Shown here piece by piece: positions 13,061-26,848 of a stretch of 64,000 bases of DNA; position 1 is the first letter of the stretch; each line of letters starts with the position of its first letter. The position numbers and the translations under genes are program-made. The notes beneath the pieces were generated by a model. It searched no databases. It was not told where the DNA came from and saw only the letters and a program-made list of their open reading frames with translations. Where the stretch lies: the NCBI RefSeq assembly GCF_039654945.1, contig NW_027361699.1, forward strand, positions 7,564,001 to 7,628,000, given 5' to 3'. Source of the DNA: Dendrobates tinctorius (taxonomy: Eukaryota).

Positions 13061-14665
13061 CAGTGGGGCAAAAAAGTATTTAGTCAGTCAGCAATAGTGC
13101 AAGTTCCACCACTTAAAAAGATGAGAGGCGTCTGTAATTTACATCATAGGTAGACCTCAACTATGGGAGACAAACTGAGAAAAAAAAATCCAGAAAATCA
13201 CATTGTCTGTTTTTTTTTCATTTTATTTGCATATTATGGTGGAAAATAAGTATTTGGTCAGAAACAAAATTTCATCTCAATACTTTGTGATATATCCTTT
13301 GTTGGCAATGACAGAGGTCAAACGTTTTCTGTAAGTCTTCACAAGGTTGCCACACACTGTTGTTGGTATGTTGGCCCATTCCTCCATGCAGATCTCCTCT
13401 AGAGCAGTGATGTTTTTGGCTTTTCGCTTGGCAACACGGACTTTCAACTTCCTCCAAAGGTTTTCTATAGGGTTGAGATCTGGAGACTGGCTAGGCCACT
13501 CCAGGACCTTGAAATGCTTCTTACGAAGCCACTCCTTCGTTGCCCTGGCGGTGTGCTTTGGATCATTGTCATGTTGAAAGACCCAGCCACGTTTCATCAT
13601 CAATGCCCTTGCTGATGGAAGGAGGTTTGCACTCAAAATCTCACGATACATGGCCCCATTCATTCTTTCATGTACCCGGATCAGTCGTCCTGGCCCCTTT
13701 GCAGAGAAACAGCCCCAAAGCATGATGTTTCCACCACCATGCTTTACAGTAGGTATGGTGTTTGATGGATGCAACTCAGTATTCTTTTTCCTCCAAACAC
13801 GACAAGTTGTGTTTCTACCAAACAGTTCCAGTTTGGTTTCATCAGACCATAGGACATTCTCCCAAAACTCCTCTGGATCATCCAAATGCTCTCTAGCAAA
13901 CTTCAGACGGGCCCGGACATGTACAGGCTTAAGCAGTGGGACACGTCTGGCACTGCAGGATCTGAGTCCATGGTGGCGTAGTGTGTTACTTATGGTAGGC
14001 CTTGTTACATTGGTCCCAGCTCTCTGCAGTTCATTCACTAGGTCCCCCCGCGTGGTTCTGGGATTTTTGCACACCGTTCTTGTGATCATTCTGACCCCAC
14101 GGGGTGGGATTTTGCGTGGAGCACCAGATCGAGGGAGATTATCAGTGGTCTTGTATGTCTTCCATTTTCTAATTATTGCTCCCACAGTTGATTTCTTCAC
14201 TCCAAGCTGGTTGGCTATTGCAGATTCAGTCTTCCCAGCCTGGTGCAGGGCTACAATTTTGTTTCTGGTGTCCTTTGACAGCTCTTTGGTCTTCACCATA
14301 GTGGAGTTTGGAGTCAGACTGTTTGAGGGTGTGCACAGGTGTCTTTTTATACTGATAACAAGTTTAAACAGGTGCCATTACTACAGGTAATGAGTGGAGG
14401 AAAGAGGAGACTCTTAAAGAAGAAGTTACAGGTCTGTGAGAGCCAGAAATCTTGATTGCTTGTTTCTGACCAAATACTTATTTTCCACCATAATATGCAA
14501 ATAAAATGAAAAAAAACAGACAATGTGATTTTCTGGATTTTTTTTTCTCAGTTTGTCTCCCATAGTTGAGGTCTACCTATGATGTAAATTACAGACGCCT
14601 CTCATCTTTTTAAGTGGTGGAACTTGCACTATTGCTGACTGACTAAATACTTTTTTGCCCCACTG
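13061..14665 (-). mobile_element. Full-length Tc1/DD34E transposon (IR/DR type), copy A
   Basis: TA flanks. ~205-bp near-perfect TIRs starting cagtggggcaaaaaagtatttagtca, with inner direct repeat aataagtatttggtca. Confidence 0.97.
13277..14299 (-). CDS. Tc1 DD34E transposase, 340 aa (LWRKLK variant)
   Basis: Paired-like HTH N-terminus, GAPRK linker, [14 protein letters not shown], 34 residues to NPIE. Confidence 0.95.
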   Translation of the reverse strand: MVKTKELSKDTRNKIVALHQAGKTESAIANQLGVKKSTVGAIIRKWKTYKTTDNLPRSGAPRKIPPRGVRMITRTVCKNPRTTRGDLVNELQRAGTNVTRPTISNTLRHHGLRSCSARRVPLLKPVHVRARLKFAREHLDDPEEFWENVLWSDETKLELFGRNTTCRVWRKKNTELHPSNTIPTVKHGGGNIMLWGCFSAKGPGRLIRVHERMNGAMYREILSANLLPSARALMMKRGWVFQHDNDPKHTARATKEWLRKKHFKVLEWPSQSPDLNPIENLWRKLKVRVAKRKAKNITALEEICMEEWANIPTTVCGNLVKTYRKRLTSVIANKGYITKY

Positions 14666-15226
14666 TATATATGAGGGGCTGCTGCTGGGCTGTATATATT
14701 AGAAGCTGCTGCTGGGCTAGTGGGCTGTATATATGTGGGGCTGCTGCCAGGCTGTAATATATCAGAGGCTGTTTACCTGGCTGTATATATCAGATGCTGT
14801 TGCTGTGCTGGCTGTATATAGAATAGACGTTGAGGGGCTGTATAAAGTGTATACACTGCACTATACTGTAAACAGGTCCACACTATATACATACAGTATA
14901 CACAGACACACTGTAATGCAGGATATAGTGTGGACCTGTATATACAGTATGGTACTGTGTAGGACAGGAGCTGCAAGAAAGATACACAGACAGACACACA
15001 CACACAGACAGACAGAGATCATACTCACCCACCGTGACACTGGGAAGACTGAACCACATCATTCTGGATCTTCAGTGACTGAAGATCCAGAGTGAAGTCC
15101 TGCCACGCTCCGCAGTGGAGAAACCTCTTCCCGTGCCGACATTGTGGCTCCGCCTCCTTCCTCGAAGGTAGCTGAACTGAACAAACTCTCATCTGATCTA
15201 ATCCAAGGGAGCGATATAGCTGAATA

Positions 15227-17515
15227 CAGTTAGGTCCATATATATTTGGACAGAGACAACATTTTTCTAATTTTGGTTCTAGACATTACCACAATGAATT
15301 TTAAACAAAACAATTCAGATGCAGTTGAAGCTCAGACTTTCAGCTTTCATTTGAGGGTATCCACATTAAAATTGGATGAAGGGTTTAGGAGTTTCAGCTC
15401 CTTAACATGTGCCACCCTGTTTTTAAAGGGACCAAAAGTAATTTGACAGATTAAATAATTGTAAATAAAATGTTCATTTCTAGTATTTGGCTGAAAACCC
15501 TTTGTTGGCAATGACTGCCTGAAGTCTTGAACTCATGGACATCACCAGACGCTGTGTTTCCTCCTTTTTGATGCTCTGCCAGGCCTTCACTGCGGTGGTT
15601 TTCAGTTGTTGTTTGTTTGTGGGCCTTTCTGTCTGAAGTTTAGTCTTTAACAAGTGAAATGTGTCATGATCCAGGACGGGGTTTCGCTTTGGCCCGTCCT
15701 GGTCAGACAGGGGGTTAATTGTTTCTGCCTCTCTCTGGCAGAGGGCGGCTATTTAATGCTCACTGGACCTGGGTCTGGTGTCAGTTATACTACTGCCCTC
15801 GGCTGAGTTAGGTGACCTCTTGTATACGTGTGCCTTGTGCCTGATAACTTGTTGCTTGTTTGGTTGTGATCTGGTTCTGTCCCTGTTACGAGTTCTGCCT
15901 GACCCTCTTGTACCGCACCGTCCTCTTGTGTATGACCCTCTGCTTGTTACTCAACTGCTCTCTGCTCGGCCCTTTTGTACCACACCGCCCTCTTGAGTAT
16001 GACCTTTGGCTTCGTCTGACCTCCCATCTGCTTGTCCCTCCTGTACCTCGTTCGCCTGTATTGTGTATGATCTCTGGTTTGCCCGACTCTGAGTGTTCTT
16101 CCATCTCAGTAAGCAGGATGCTAAGCCCCGCCCCCTTGAGGTCACATGACCGTAGGTCCCGTGCCTGCTTGCTAATACTTCAGCGTTCAGGTCCTGTGCG
16201 TCTGTACTTTCCAGCTGTTACTGTCCCCGGGACCCCTACAGCACTGGTGAGTCCCTGCTCAGCGAGGGCTGTACGCCGGCGCTGTCAGGATCCTGACAAA
16301 ATGCATGCTCAATAGGGTTGAGATCAGGTGACTGACTTGGCCATTCAAGAATATTCCACTTCTTTGCTTTAATAAACTCCTGGGTTGCTTTGGCTTTATG
16401 TTTTGGGTCATTGTCCATCTGTAGTATGAAACGACGACCAATCAGTTTGGCTGCATTTGGCTGGATCTGAGCACACAGTATGACTCTGAATACCTCAGAA
16501 TTCATTCGGCTGCTTCTGTCCTGTGTCACATCATCAATAAACACTAGTGACCCATTGCCACTGGCAGCCATGCATGCCCAAGCCATCACACTGCCTCCGC
16601 TGTGTTTTACAGATGATGTGGTATGCTTTGGATCATGAGCTGTACCACGCCTTCGCCATACTTTTCTCTTTCCATCATTCTGGTAGAGGTTGATCTTGGT
16701 TTCATCTGTCCAAAGAATGTTCTTCCAGAACTGTGTTGGCTTTTTTAGATTTTTTTAGCAAAGTCCAGTCTAGCCTTTTTATTCTTGATGCTTATGAGTG
16801 GCTTGCACCGTGCAGTGAACCCTCTGTATTTACTTTCATTCAGTCTTCTCTTAATGGTAGATTTGGATATTGATATGCCTACCTCCTGGAGAGTGTTGTT
16901 CACTTGGTTGGCTGTTGTGATGGGGTTTCTCTTCACCGTGGAGATTATTCTGCGATCATCCACCACTGTTGTCTTCCGTGGGCGCCCAGGTCTTTTTGCA
17001 TTGATGAGTTCACCAGTGCTTTCTTTCTTTCTTAGGATGTACCAAACTGTAGATTTTGCCACTCCTAATGTTGTAGCAATTTCTCAGATGGGTTTTTTCT
17101 GTTTTTGCAGCTTAAGGATGGCTTGTTTCACCTGCATGGAGAGCTCCTTTGACCGAATGTTTCCTTCACAGCAAAACCTTCCAAATACAAGCACCACACC
17201 TCAAATCAACTCCAGGTCTTTTATCTGCTTAATTGAGAATGATATAACAAAGGGATTTCCCACACTTGTCCATGAAATAGCCTTGGAGTCAATTGTCCAA
17301 TTACTTTTTGTCCCTTTAAAAACTGGTTGGCTCATGTTAAGGAGCTGAAACTCCCAAACCCTTCATCCAATTTTAATGTGGATACCCTCAAATGAAAGCT
17401 GAAAGTCTGAACTTCAACTGCATCTGAATTGTTTTGTTTAAAATTCATTGTCGTAATGTCTAGAACTAAAATTAGAAAAATGTTGTCTCTGTCAAAATAT
17501 ATATGGACCTAACTG
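15227..17515 (-). mobile_element. Second Tc1 family element (frameshifted) nested in hAT copy 1
   Basis: TA-flanked ~210-bp TIRs cagttaggtccatatatattt. Fragments [23 protein letters not shown]. Confidence 0.92.
15662..16298. mobile_element. Solo LTR (637 bp) inserted in Tc1
   Basis: TG..CA ends tgtcatgatcc / ggatcctgaca. 5-bp TSD AAATG. Interrupts the transposase after NPIEH. Confidence 0.88.
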
Positions 17516-17962
17516 TAGGTAGCGCGGAGCGCCTAAAAGCTTCTGTTTAGGACCTGAGAAGGCTGCAGCATGCCATAAGCTAAGCATTAGGTACAGGTAC
17601 TAAGGAAGTCTGGCTAGCCAGGTCAGTGGATGCTGACGCAGGTGCCACGACTCTGCCATTCTGCACCACCCACTGAGATGTAGGCCCGTAGCCAGGTCCC
17701 TACACTTTCAATAGTTTCTCTTTTGCTTCTTATCCTTAGAAACGGTTCACAGCAAAGAGAGACGTGTATTTTACATGTTTTGAGATATTTATCCCCATAT
17801 TGTGGGAGGCCCCCACTTGGTGGGTGGCCCAGGCCCCTTGGGCCCCCCTAAATCTGGGCCTGCTTGGAATACAAACCTGCCTCAACAGCTGGCAGTCCCC
17901 TCCCCAATGAAAGCACAACCTATGTTTACAGAAATTTACTGCCAATCATCAAGAAAACATTA

Positions 17963-20347
17963 CAGCATTTGAAATAATTTTTGAAGATGTCACCAATTTT
18001 CTAAGTAAATATATTTCTACAGGTACAATTGACATTAAATTTTCACCAGATGTCATTAACAACCCATCCAAATTCAAACAGGCAAAAATATCAAACCATA
18101 AATGTCCATAAATTAAGTTATGTATAATAATGAGAAATGGCATGAGGAAAAAGTATTGCACACAGAAAGAAAGAGAGTTGAAAAAAGTCATGGAAAGTCA
18201 TGACATCAGCTGAAATCTATCAGCAATTAGAAAGCAATCCAGCCACTTAGTGAAAAATAATGCTGGTTCAACTAATGGCGTATAAAAAGGCATCTCATTA
18301 CTAAGGTGTCACACAAGGAACTTCTAATAATGGGTAAAACTACAGACCTTCTCAACCTCATTGTTGCAAAAATATACTGATGGCACTGATCCAGAAGAAT
18401 TTCTAAACTACTGAAGATTCCAGTGAGCAATGTTGGGCCATAATCCAGAAGTGGAAAGAACACTATTTAACTATACACCCGTCACGACCAGGTGCTCCCT
18501 CACACAGAAGAGGGAAATTAATTATCAAGAGTTATCCGAGAACCAAAGACCACCTGTGGAGAGCTACAGAAAGACCTAGAATCATCAGGTAGAATTGTTT
18601 CAAAGAAAACACATTCACTCAATTTCTATGCCCTGTATGCACACAGACCATGCAAGACTCCATTGCTGAACAAAAAGCATTATCAAGCGTGTTTAAAGTT
18701 TGCTATACAACATTTAGACAATACTGTGAAATACTGGGAGACTATAATATTGTCAGATGAGATCAAAAGTAAACTCTTTGGATGTCATAATGCACACCAT
18801 GTTTGGAGGCCAAAAGGCACTGAATATCACCTGTTATGATATTCCGAAGGAGGAAAAAACAAAATACCAGCTAAGTCCAGAAAAACCAGAGAGGTTGGCA
18901 GCTATCGGATTGCAGACCCCTGAACCTATCCACAACAACTAGCAGTAGCCGTGGGGGGTTCCTACGGTGCCCTAGACCCCTCGATCACAGCCGAAGAGCT
19001 ACATAGCCTAAAGACAGAAAGGGGGAAAAACTAAACTGCCCCAGAGCAGACCCCAAAGCAATAGGCAGCCCCCAACATATAATGACGGTGAAGCAAGATG
19101 AAAACACTAACGCAGATAGAAAGATAGGTTGAGCAAATGATGGGGCCCAAGCTAACTACATAGGACAGGATTGGAAAGCCGCTGTCTGCCATCCACAAAA
19201 ACGCTATCAAAATGAGCCAACCGACTGATAGGAAAAACAGGCCCTGAAGTCGCTAGGCTTCAAAAGACTATATCAGCACTCAGGTATATTCTGCAGACAG
19301 AGCAAAAGATCAACAGATCAGAGACAAAAATGGAATTCAGCTCACCCCCGGCCGGGGATGGCAGAACTCCCAAAAAACAAGGCAAAACAAAAACAAAACT
19401 GAAGAGTACAAAGCAGAGCAGAAAAACTTAGCTTTGAGACGCAGGAATCAGACTGGTCTCCAAGAATCCAGCAGGAAAATCACCAGCCAGGAAGAAGGGC
19501 GTCGGCAGCCTTATATCCGGTCCTCAATTCCAGCCACCCAGTTATCATCTAGCTGCCCAGGTGTTTGGTAATCAGTCTCACTACCTTCCTTCACCAGAGG
19601 AGGGAGTTCATCAGACCTCAATGGTGAAGGGAAAAATGAATTCACAACAATCACCCCAATTACACCATACAAACAGTGAAGTTTGGATTGGGGGGGTGTG
19701 GGGCTCTTTTTCATCAAACATCACTGGCAAACTTCATATAATTGAAGGAAGGATAAATGGATAAATGTACAGAGATATTCTTGATAAAAATCTGCTACCA
19801 TCTACCAGGATGATGACGATGAAACAAGGGTGGACATTTCAGCAAGACAATGATCCCAAACACACAGCCAAGGAAACACTGACTTGGTTTCAGAAAAAGA
19901 AAATAAAACTGCTAGAATGGCCCAGCCAATCACCTGACCTGAATCCCATAGAAAATTTATGGCGGGAACTAAAGCTCAGAGTTCATAGAAGGAGCCCATG
20001 GAAACTTCAGGATTTGAAGTGATTGTGTGGAAAAATGGGAAAATATCACACCTGAGCAATGCAACTAACTTCTCCATACAGGAGATGTCTTGAAGCTGTC
20101 CTCACCAAAAAAGGCTTTTGTACAAAGTATTAAATAAACTTCAGTATGTGTGTTCAATAATTTTTCCTTGTGTCATTTCTCATTATTACACATAACTTAA
20201 TTTATTTACATTGATGGTTTGATATATTTGTCTGTGTGGATTTGATGAGTCGTTACCAACATCTGGTGATAATTTCATGGCAATAGCACCTTTAGAAATA
20301 TATTTACTTAGAAAATAGGTGATGTGTTCAATACTTATTACCCACTG
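17963..20347 (+). mobile_element. Degenerate Tc1 transposon (third family), unit 1
   Basis: TA-flanked diverged TIRs. ORF 19765..20022 has [20 protein letters not shown]. Confidence 0.85.
18832..19649. mobile_element. Solo LTR (~820 bp) inserted in Tc1, unit 1
   Basis: tgttatga..tcacaaca ends, flanked by direct ATCACC. Confidence 0.8.
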
Positions 20348-21094
20348 TATATTGGAAAACTCAGAGTGTGTTTAAAGAGATATGGTTCTACATGAAAGGC
20401 TTCCTCACCAACCTTTCCCCCCCAAAAAAAAAAACAGATGTTCAATGACCAATCACGCAGTTGAGAATTAATATGGACTATTAAGAAAAAACACAAATTT
20501 TGTGTTCAAGCAGAAGCTTCAGCCCCTGTTCTACATCTTCATCTCAATATCAGAGCCGGATTTAAGAGGTGGGTGACCCCTTAGGCCCCTATTTTGGTCG
20601 AAGGCCCATTTTTCAAGGTGTTGCAATATGTAATGCAAAAACACAAAATGAAACGAACACAAGTATATTTTCAAAAATCATTTACACAGAGTAATTCAGG
20701 TAAAATCATTCATGTTTTACAATCCAGGCACTTTCCTTGATTTTCGTGCTGCAAAATCACTAATAATGCCACTAAAGTCCAATTCACGCAGTATATCTGA
20801 CTCGATGCTCATGATAGCCAAATTTACAAGTCGTTCCTGCTTCATGGATTTCCTTAATCGATTTTCAACTAATTTGAGATTTGAGAAGGAACGCTCACCA
20901 CTACAGTTTGTTACCATCAAAATTAGCTATATCCTTAACGCTATCTCAATATTTGGGAAAGTGTCCTGCACACGCTTTTACATGATAAGCTTGTACATGA
21001 AAAGTTCAGTGCTGATATATTTTGGCTCCTCGTCTGTGAATAAATTGGCAAATGTTGCAAACTGACACAGTTCATCAATAAATGTAATGTCCAA

Positions 21095-21501
21095 AGGGGG
21101 TTTTACACTAAGCGATATCGCTAGCAATATCGCTAAAACGTCACTGGTTTTGTGACGTTATAGCGATATTGCTAGCGATATCGCTATGTGTGATACTTAC
21201 CAGCGGCCGGCTCCCCCGCTGTCCATCGCTGATCGCGCGAGAATGTCCGGCTCCATTTCTCGTCGGGCGCTTCCTGCTGAGACTTCCTGCTGTGACGACG
21301 AGCGACGCGTGGAGGCGGGCGGGAGGACGTCAGGATCGCTGTGTGTGAAAGGTGAGTATCGTGCGCTGCGTCGCTGCTGCATCGCTGTGAGGTCTTTCTG
21401 TATGAAAGCTCACTAGCGATCATTTAGCGATGAACCAGCGATCCTGACCGGGTCGGATCGCTGGTCGGATCGCTGGTGCATCCCTACATGTAAAAGGGCC
21501 T
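21095..21501. mobile_element. Harbinger/PIF-like MITE present only in duplication unit 2
   Basis: Ends agg-ggg-ttttaca / tgtaaaa-ggg-cct, internal agcgatatcgct palindromes, CpG-rich. Empty site is at 9308-9315 in unit 1. Superfamily call is inference. Confidence 0.8.
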
Positions 21502-22852
21502 TTAGTCATCTGAATAAGACCTGACGAGTTGCTCTGCTGTGGCCTTAAGCTCATCTGAAGACAGTTCTTTCAAATGGCTAAAAAAAAGCTAAATTTGCTT
21601 GATATATCTTTATATGCTTGAAGACATTGGTTAAGAGAAGCGATAAACTGATCAATGATAGGCAAGAAAGTTTCTGTTCTGTATTTTTCAGAAGGGCTGA
21701 GTTGTGCGTCTTCCGTATGGCCATAATCCAATGGATTGAGCCACACGTTTCGGCGCCTGTGTCGAGTTATCGCCTGAACATACTCAAAAGAACCAGACAG
21801 CTCTTCGCCTTGCTTCTCATAAATTTTGAAGGAGTCACGCTTTGATGCGACATAGTTTTTTAAGCTGGTCAGTGACGCCACAGCAGTGTTTAGATCGAGT
21901 TTTGCGTGTTGTAGATTTTTACTAGTAGCATCTGTTCTTTGCAGGATTTTATTCCAGAAGGTGGTGTTAAAACCAATTTCAAGCTGATTCATTTGTCTTA
22001 ACAGTCCTTCTGCCTCACACCATACACAGCTTTTTTCTTCAAAGTCATCAGCAATCTGTTTAAGTACATGTTTAATCTGCTGATAGTCATGCTTAAGGGC
22101 CTTAGTAACGTCTGCTCTGCAGGACCAATGCGTTGTTGTGACACGATTGAGAGTCAATGCTGTTGCAGAGTCAATATTTTTCAAAGCCTCAGTCAGGAGA
22201 TGATGCCTATGCATTGAAACTGTGAAGAAGAGGAACAGCTTTTCAAGGAAGTCAAAAAAATGTACAGCACTCGAGCAGCTTTCTACAGCATTTTTAGCAA
22301 CCAGATTTAAAGAGAGTGCTGTACTAGGAATCCAGGATGCAAGATTTTTCTTCTCTCTCACTTTGGCTTGCAGGTCGTTGGATTTGCCACTCATTGCAGA
22401 TGCATTGTCATAACTTTGACCACGGCAATTTCCCAGGTCTAGGTCATGTCTCTTCAAAAATTCCAACAAGGCATTGAACATGTCTTGAGCGCCATGGCCT
22501 TTGTTTGCCATGAATGTTACAAGAGTTCTACAGGGCCATCTTTCTCCATATACCTCAATACAAGGGTTAGTTGGTCAACGTGAGCTGCATTGGGTGTGGA
22601 GTCCAAAGAGATGGAGTAGTGTTTTGATTTGTTAACTCGAGAAATAATTTCTCTGAGGACTTGTTCGCCCATTACATTGATCATTTCTTCCATAATTGTA
22701 GATAACAGGTAGTTTGTATGACCCTTGCCGCGATTGTCTTGAGTTTTGATATGCTGTGCAAGAAAGTCGTCGTACTGGGTGATGAGTTCAAGAATGCCCA
22801 GAAAGTTTCCATTTCTAGATGATCCATCCAATTCGTTATCTCCTCTAAATGC

Positions 22853-24067
22853 TACCAATCAGTAGATTTGGTTTCCAGTACCATCGCTATGCTGATGACA
22901 CCCAATTATACGCTTCTTCTCCTGACATCACACCAGCCTTTCTAGAAAACACCAGCGATTGTCTAAACGCTGTGTCTAACATCATGTCCTCGCTATATCT
23001 GAAACTGAACCTGTCAAAGACTGAAGTCCTTGTGTTTCCTCCCTCTTCTAATGTACCTATACCCGACATTGCCATTTCTGTGTGTGGTTTCACTATTACT
23101 CCCCAGCAACATGCCTGCTGTATTGGGGTCATACTTGACTCCGAGCTTTCCTTTGCTCCCGACATTCGATCACTGGCTCGCTCTTGTCATCTGCACTTTA
23201 AAAACATTTCTAGAATTTGACCTTTTCTTACTTTTGACTCCACAAAAACTCTTACTGTTTCTCTTATTCATTCTCATCTCGACTATTGTAACTCTCTTCT
23301 AATCGGCCTCCCTCTTACCAAACTCTCCCCTCTCCAATCTGTCTTGAATGCTGCAGCCAGGATCATATTCCTCACCAATCGTTACACCGATGCCTCTACC
23401 TTGTGCCAGTCATTACACTGGCTACCCATCCACTCAGTATAAACTTATTACCCTCACCCATAAAGCCCTCCATGGCTCAGCATCACCCTACATCTCCTCC
23501 CTTGTTTCAGTATGCCACCCTACCCGCGCCCTCCGTTCTGGTGATGACCTGAGGTTAGCATCCTCAATAATCAGAACCTCCCACTCCCGTCTCCAAGACT
23601 TTACACGTGCTGCGCCAATTCTTTGGAATGCACTTCCCAGGTCAATACGATTAGTCCCCAATCCCCACAGTTTTAAGCGTGCCCTGAAAACGCATTTATT
23701 CAGACTGGCCTACCGCTTCAACACATTAACCTAATCTATCCCTGTGTGGCACAGCCAAAAGTTTTACTATAACCAGTTTCCCCGCATCATGTTCCCACAT
23801 GCTTTATGCATCCATTAGCCCTCTGTGTCTGTACTGTTACACACTTAACATTATGGCTGGTCCAAATAATCAGGGCAACTGTTACCACCCACCTTTCGTG
23901 TCTACCTCTTTCCTCATAGACTGTAAGCTTGCGAGCAGGGCCCTCATTCCTCTTGGTATTTGTTATAATCTATGTGATTATTGTTATGCTGTAATGTCTA
24001 TTGTCTGTACAAATCCCCTCTGAAATGTAAAGTGCTGCGGAATGTGTCGGCGCTATAGAAATAAAAC

Positions 24068-24095
<28 letters not shown>
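22853..24095 (+). mobile_element. L2 LINE fragment, copy 2
   Basis: Duplicate of 10661-11909, with YADD motif and (TTA)n tail. Confidence 0.9.
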
Positions 24096-24098
<3 letters not shown>

Positions 24099-25244
24099 GC
24101 CACACTCGGCAATAAACTGAATAACATTTACTACTCGTTTCAATGCTGACCTGACCTCCAATAATGCTCCTGAGCCTCGACCTGTTGTGTTAGCTCCGTA
24201 TCAATTTGCCCAATCGCTTTTAACCTCATATTGAAAGCAATTGTAGAGTTCAGATGTTCCGATGACTTTTTATACAATCTTGTGAATGTTTCCAACCACA
24301 GAATCCATTAGACGAAAGCTGAGAAGACTCAGATGCTGTAATAAAGCACATCAATTTGCACGTGAAGCAGTAAATGCGTCTTTAGAGGGAGAGAAGCATA
24401 ACCAATTCCTCGTTATGACTTCTCCATTATGATTTTGACGACGGAAAAGCCCAAGTGTGCACATCCTTGGAATATTGCTGTCCTTTCTAGGTTGCTGAAC
24501 CGAGTGTGCAATGAACAAACTTTCATCACAGTGCTGGATTGTTGATACACCCCTTTTCAGCCAGTAATCTCGCATCTGTTCCGAAATCATGGATGGCCAT
24601 AGTCCAATGTCATCGCCCCCTGGTGGGCCCTCATCTTTACCTTCTTCATAAGATGTGCCACTAGCAGTCTCCTTTTCTTTGTGTTCTTCAGTTGCACACA
24701 TTACTACTTCAGCCTTTTCTTTGCCAGGATCAACAACCATTTCCACTGAAGCATTGTCAGGTTGATCAGATTCTACAAGGTCATTACTCCTTTCCGACAC
24801 TTGCCTTGAATGAACAGTAAAGAACTTGTCCAATTTTGTTGTCTTCGCTATCTCTTCTGTAGATTTCATTGTTGCTTCTTTTGCCTTACGTCTTTTAGAA
24901 GCCCCAGACTCCCAAATTCTTGTGGGATGTCTGTGCCTATCTCCTTCAAGATTGTCCATGATGGTAATCTAAAAGTAACAAAATGACCTTGTCAAACCTT
25001 GAAGTCCTGAAAGGGAATTAAAGATAAAAATATGTACATATGTATGTATGTATGTATATTGTAGAAATTTGGGCTGTCTATATCAAACACTGCTGCGGGG
25101 CTCTGTATGTCAGACACTGCTGCTGGGCTGTATAGTGTATGTATGAGAGGCTTTTGCTGGGCTGTATATGTATGAGAGGCTTCTGCTGGGCTGTATATAT
25201 ATGGGGTTGCTGCTGGGCTGTATATATATATATATATATATCTA

Positions 25245-26848
25245 CAGTGGGGCAAAAAAGTATTTAGTCAGTCAGCAATAGTGCAAGTTCCACCACTTAA
25301 AAAGATGAGAGGCGTCTGTAATTTACATCATAGGTAGACCTCAACTATGGGAGACAAACTGAGAAAAAAAAATCCAGAAAATCACATTGTCTGTTTTTTT
25401 TCATTTTATTTGCATATTATGGTGGAAAATAAGTATTTGGTCAGAAACAAAATTTCATCTCAATACTTTGTGATATATCCTTTGTTGGCAATGACAGAGG
25501 TCAAACGTTTTCTGTAAGTCTTCACAAGGTTGCCACACACTGTTGTTGGTATGTTGGCCCATTCCTCCATGCAGATCTCCTCTAGAGCAGTGATGTTTTT
25601 GGCTTTTCGCTTGGCAACACGGACTTTCAACTCCCTCCAAAGGTTTTCTATAGGGTTGAGATCTGGAGACTGGCTAGGCCACTCCAGGACCTTGAAATGC
25701 TTCTTACGAAGCCACTCCTTCGTTGCCCTGGCGGTGTGCTTTGGATCATTGTCATGTTGAAAGACCCAGCCACGTTTCATCATCAATGCCCTTGCTGATG
25801 GAAGGAGGTTTGCACTCAAAATCTCACGATACATGGCCCCATTCATTCTTTCATGTACCCGGATCAGTCGTCCTGGCCCCTTTGCAGAGAAACAGCCCCA
25901 AAGCATGATGTTTCCACCACCATGCTTTACAGTAGGTATGGTGTTTGATGGATGCAACTCAGTATTCTTTTTCCTCCAAACACGACAAGTTGTGTTTCTA
26001 CCAAACAGTTCCAGTTTGGTTTCATCAGACCATAGGACATTCTCCCAAAACTCCTCTGGATCATCCAAATGCTCTCTAGCAAACTTCAGACGGGCCCGGA
26101 CATGTACAGGCTTAAGCAGTGGGACACGTCTGGCACTGCAGGATCTGAGTCCATGGTGGCGTAGTGTGTTACTTATGGTAGGCCTTGTTACATTGGTCCC
26201 AGCTCTCTGCAGTTCATTCACTAGGTCCCCCCGCGTGGTTCTGGGATTTTTGCACACCGTTCTTGTGATCATTCTGACCCCACGGGGTGGGATTTTGCGT
26301 GGAGCACCAGATCGAGGGAGATTATCAGTGGTCTTGTATGTCTTCCATTTTCTAATTATTGCTCCCACAGTTGATTTCTTCACTCCAAGCTGGTTGGCTA
26401 TTGCAGATTCAGTCTTCCCAGCCTGGTGCAGGGCTACAATTTTGTTTCTGGTGTCCTTTGACAGCTCTTTGGTCTTCACCATAGTGGAGTTTGGAGTCAG
26501 ACTGTTTGAGGGTGTGCACAGGTGTCTTTTTATACTGATAACAAGTTTAAACAGGTGCCATTACTACAGGTAATGAGTGGAGGAAAGAGGAGACTCTTAA
26601 AGAAGAAGTTACAGGTCTGTGAGAGCCAGAAATCTTGATTGCTTGTTTCTGACCAAATACTTATTTTCCACCATAATATGCAAATAAAATGAAAAAAAAC
26701 AGACAATGTGATTTTCTGGATTTTTTTTTCTCAGTTTGTCTCCCATAGTTGAGGTCTACCTATGATGTAAATTACAGACGCCTCTCATCTTTTTAAGTGG
26801 TGGAACTTGCACTATTGCTGACTGACTAAATACTTTTTTGCCCCACTG
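25245..26848 (-). mobile_element. Full-length Tc1/DD34E transposon, copy B
   Basis: TA flanks, ~205-bp TIRs; duplicate of 13061-14665. Confidence 0.97.
25460..26482 (-). CDS. Tc1 DD34E transposase, 340 aa, apparently intact
   Basis: Open ORF with all motifs canonical ([29 protein letters not shown]). Confidence 0.96.
   Translation of the reverse strand: MVKTKELSKDTRNKIVALHQAGKTESAIANQLGVKKSTVGAIIRKWKTYKTTDNLPRSGAPRKIPPRGVRMITRTVCKNPRTTRGDLVNELQRAGTNVTRPTISNTLRHHGLRSCSARRVPLLKPVHVRARLKFAREHLDDPEEFWENVLWSDETKLELFGRNTTCRVWRKKNTELHPSNTIPTVKHGGGNIMLWGCFSAKGPGRLIRVHERMNGAMYREILSANLLPSARALMMKRGWVFQHDNDPKHTARATKEWLRKKHFKVLEWPSQSPDLNPIENLWRELKVRVAKRKAKNITALEEICMEEWANIPTTVCGNLVKTYRKRLTSVIANKGYITKY

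Larger units (their letters stand above)
8769..17862 (-). mobile_element. hAT (Tip100/ZMYM1-like) DNA transposon, copy 1, with nested insertions
   Basis: Perfect 8-bp TSD CTTGGAAT (8761-8768, 17863-17870). Imperfect TIRs cagagccggattta / taaatctgggcctg. Fragmented hAT transposase on the minus strand. Confidence 0.93.
20717..24959 (-). pseudogene. hAT transposase pseudogene, copy 2
   Basis: Same fragments as copy 1, plus a MITE insertion. Confidence 0.9.

Noticed and set aside
13650-14390. 246-aa antisense ORF in all three Tc1 copies (also 25833..26573, 49417..50157)
   Set aside because: Shadow frame of the transposase. It is conserved only because the copies are nearly identical, and it has no recognisable domain.
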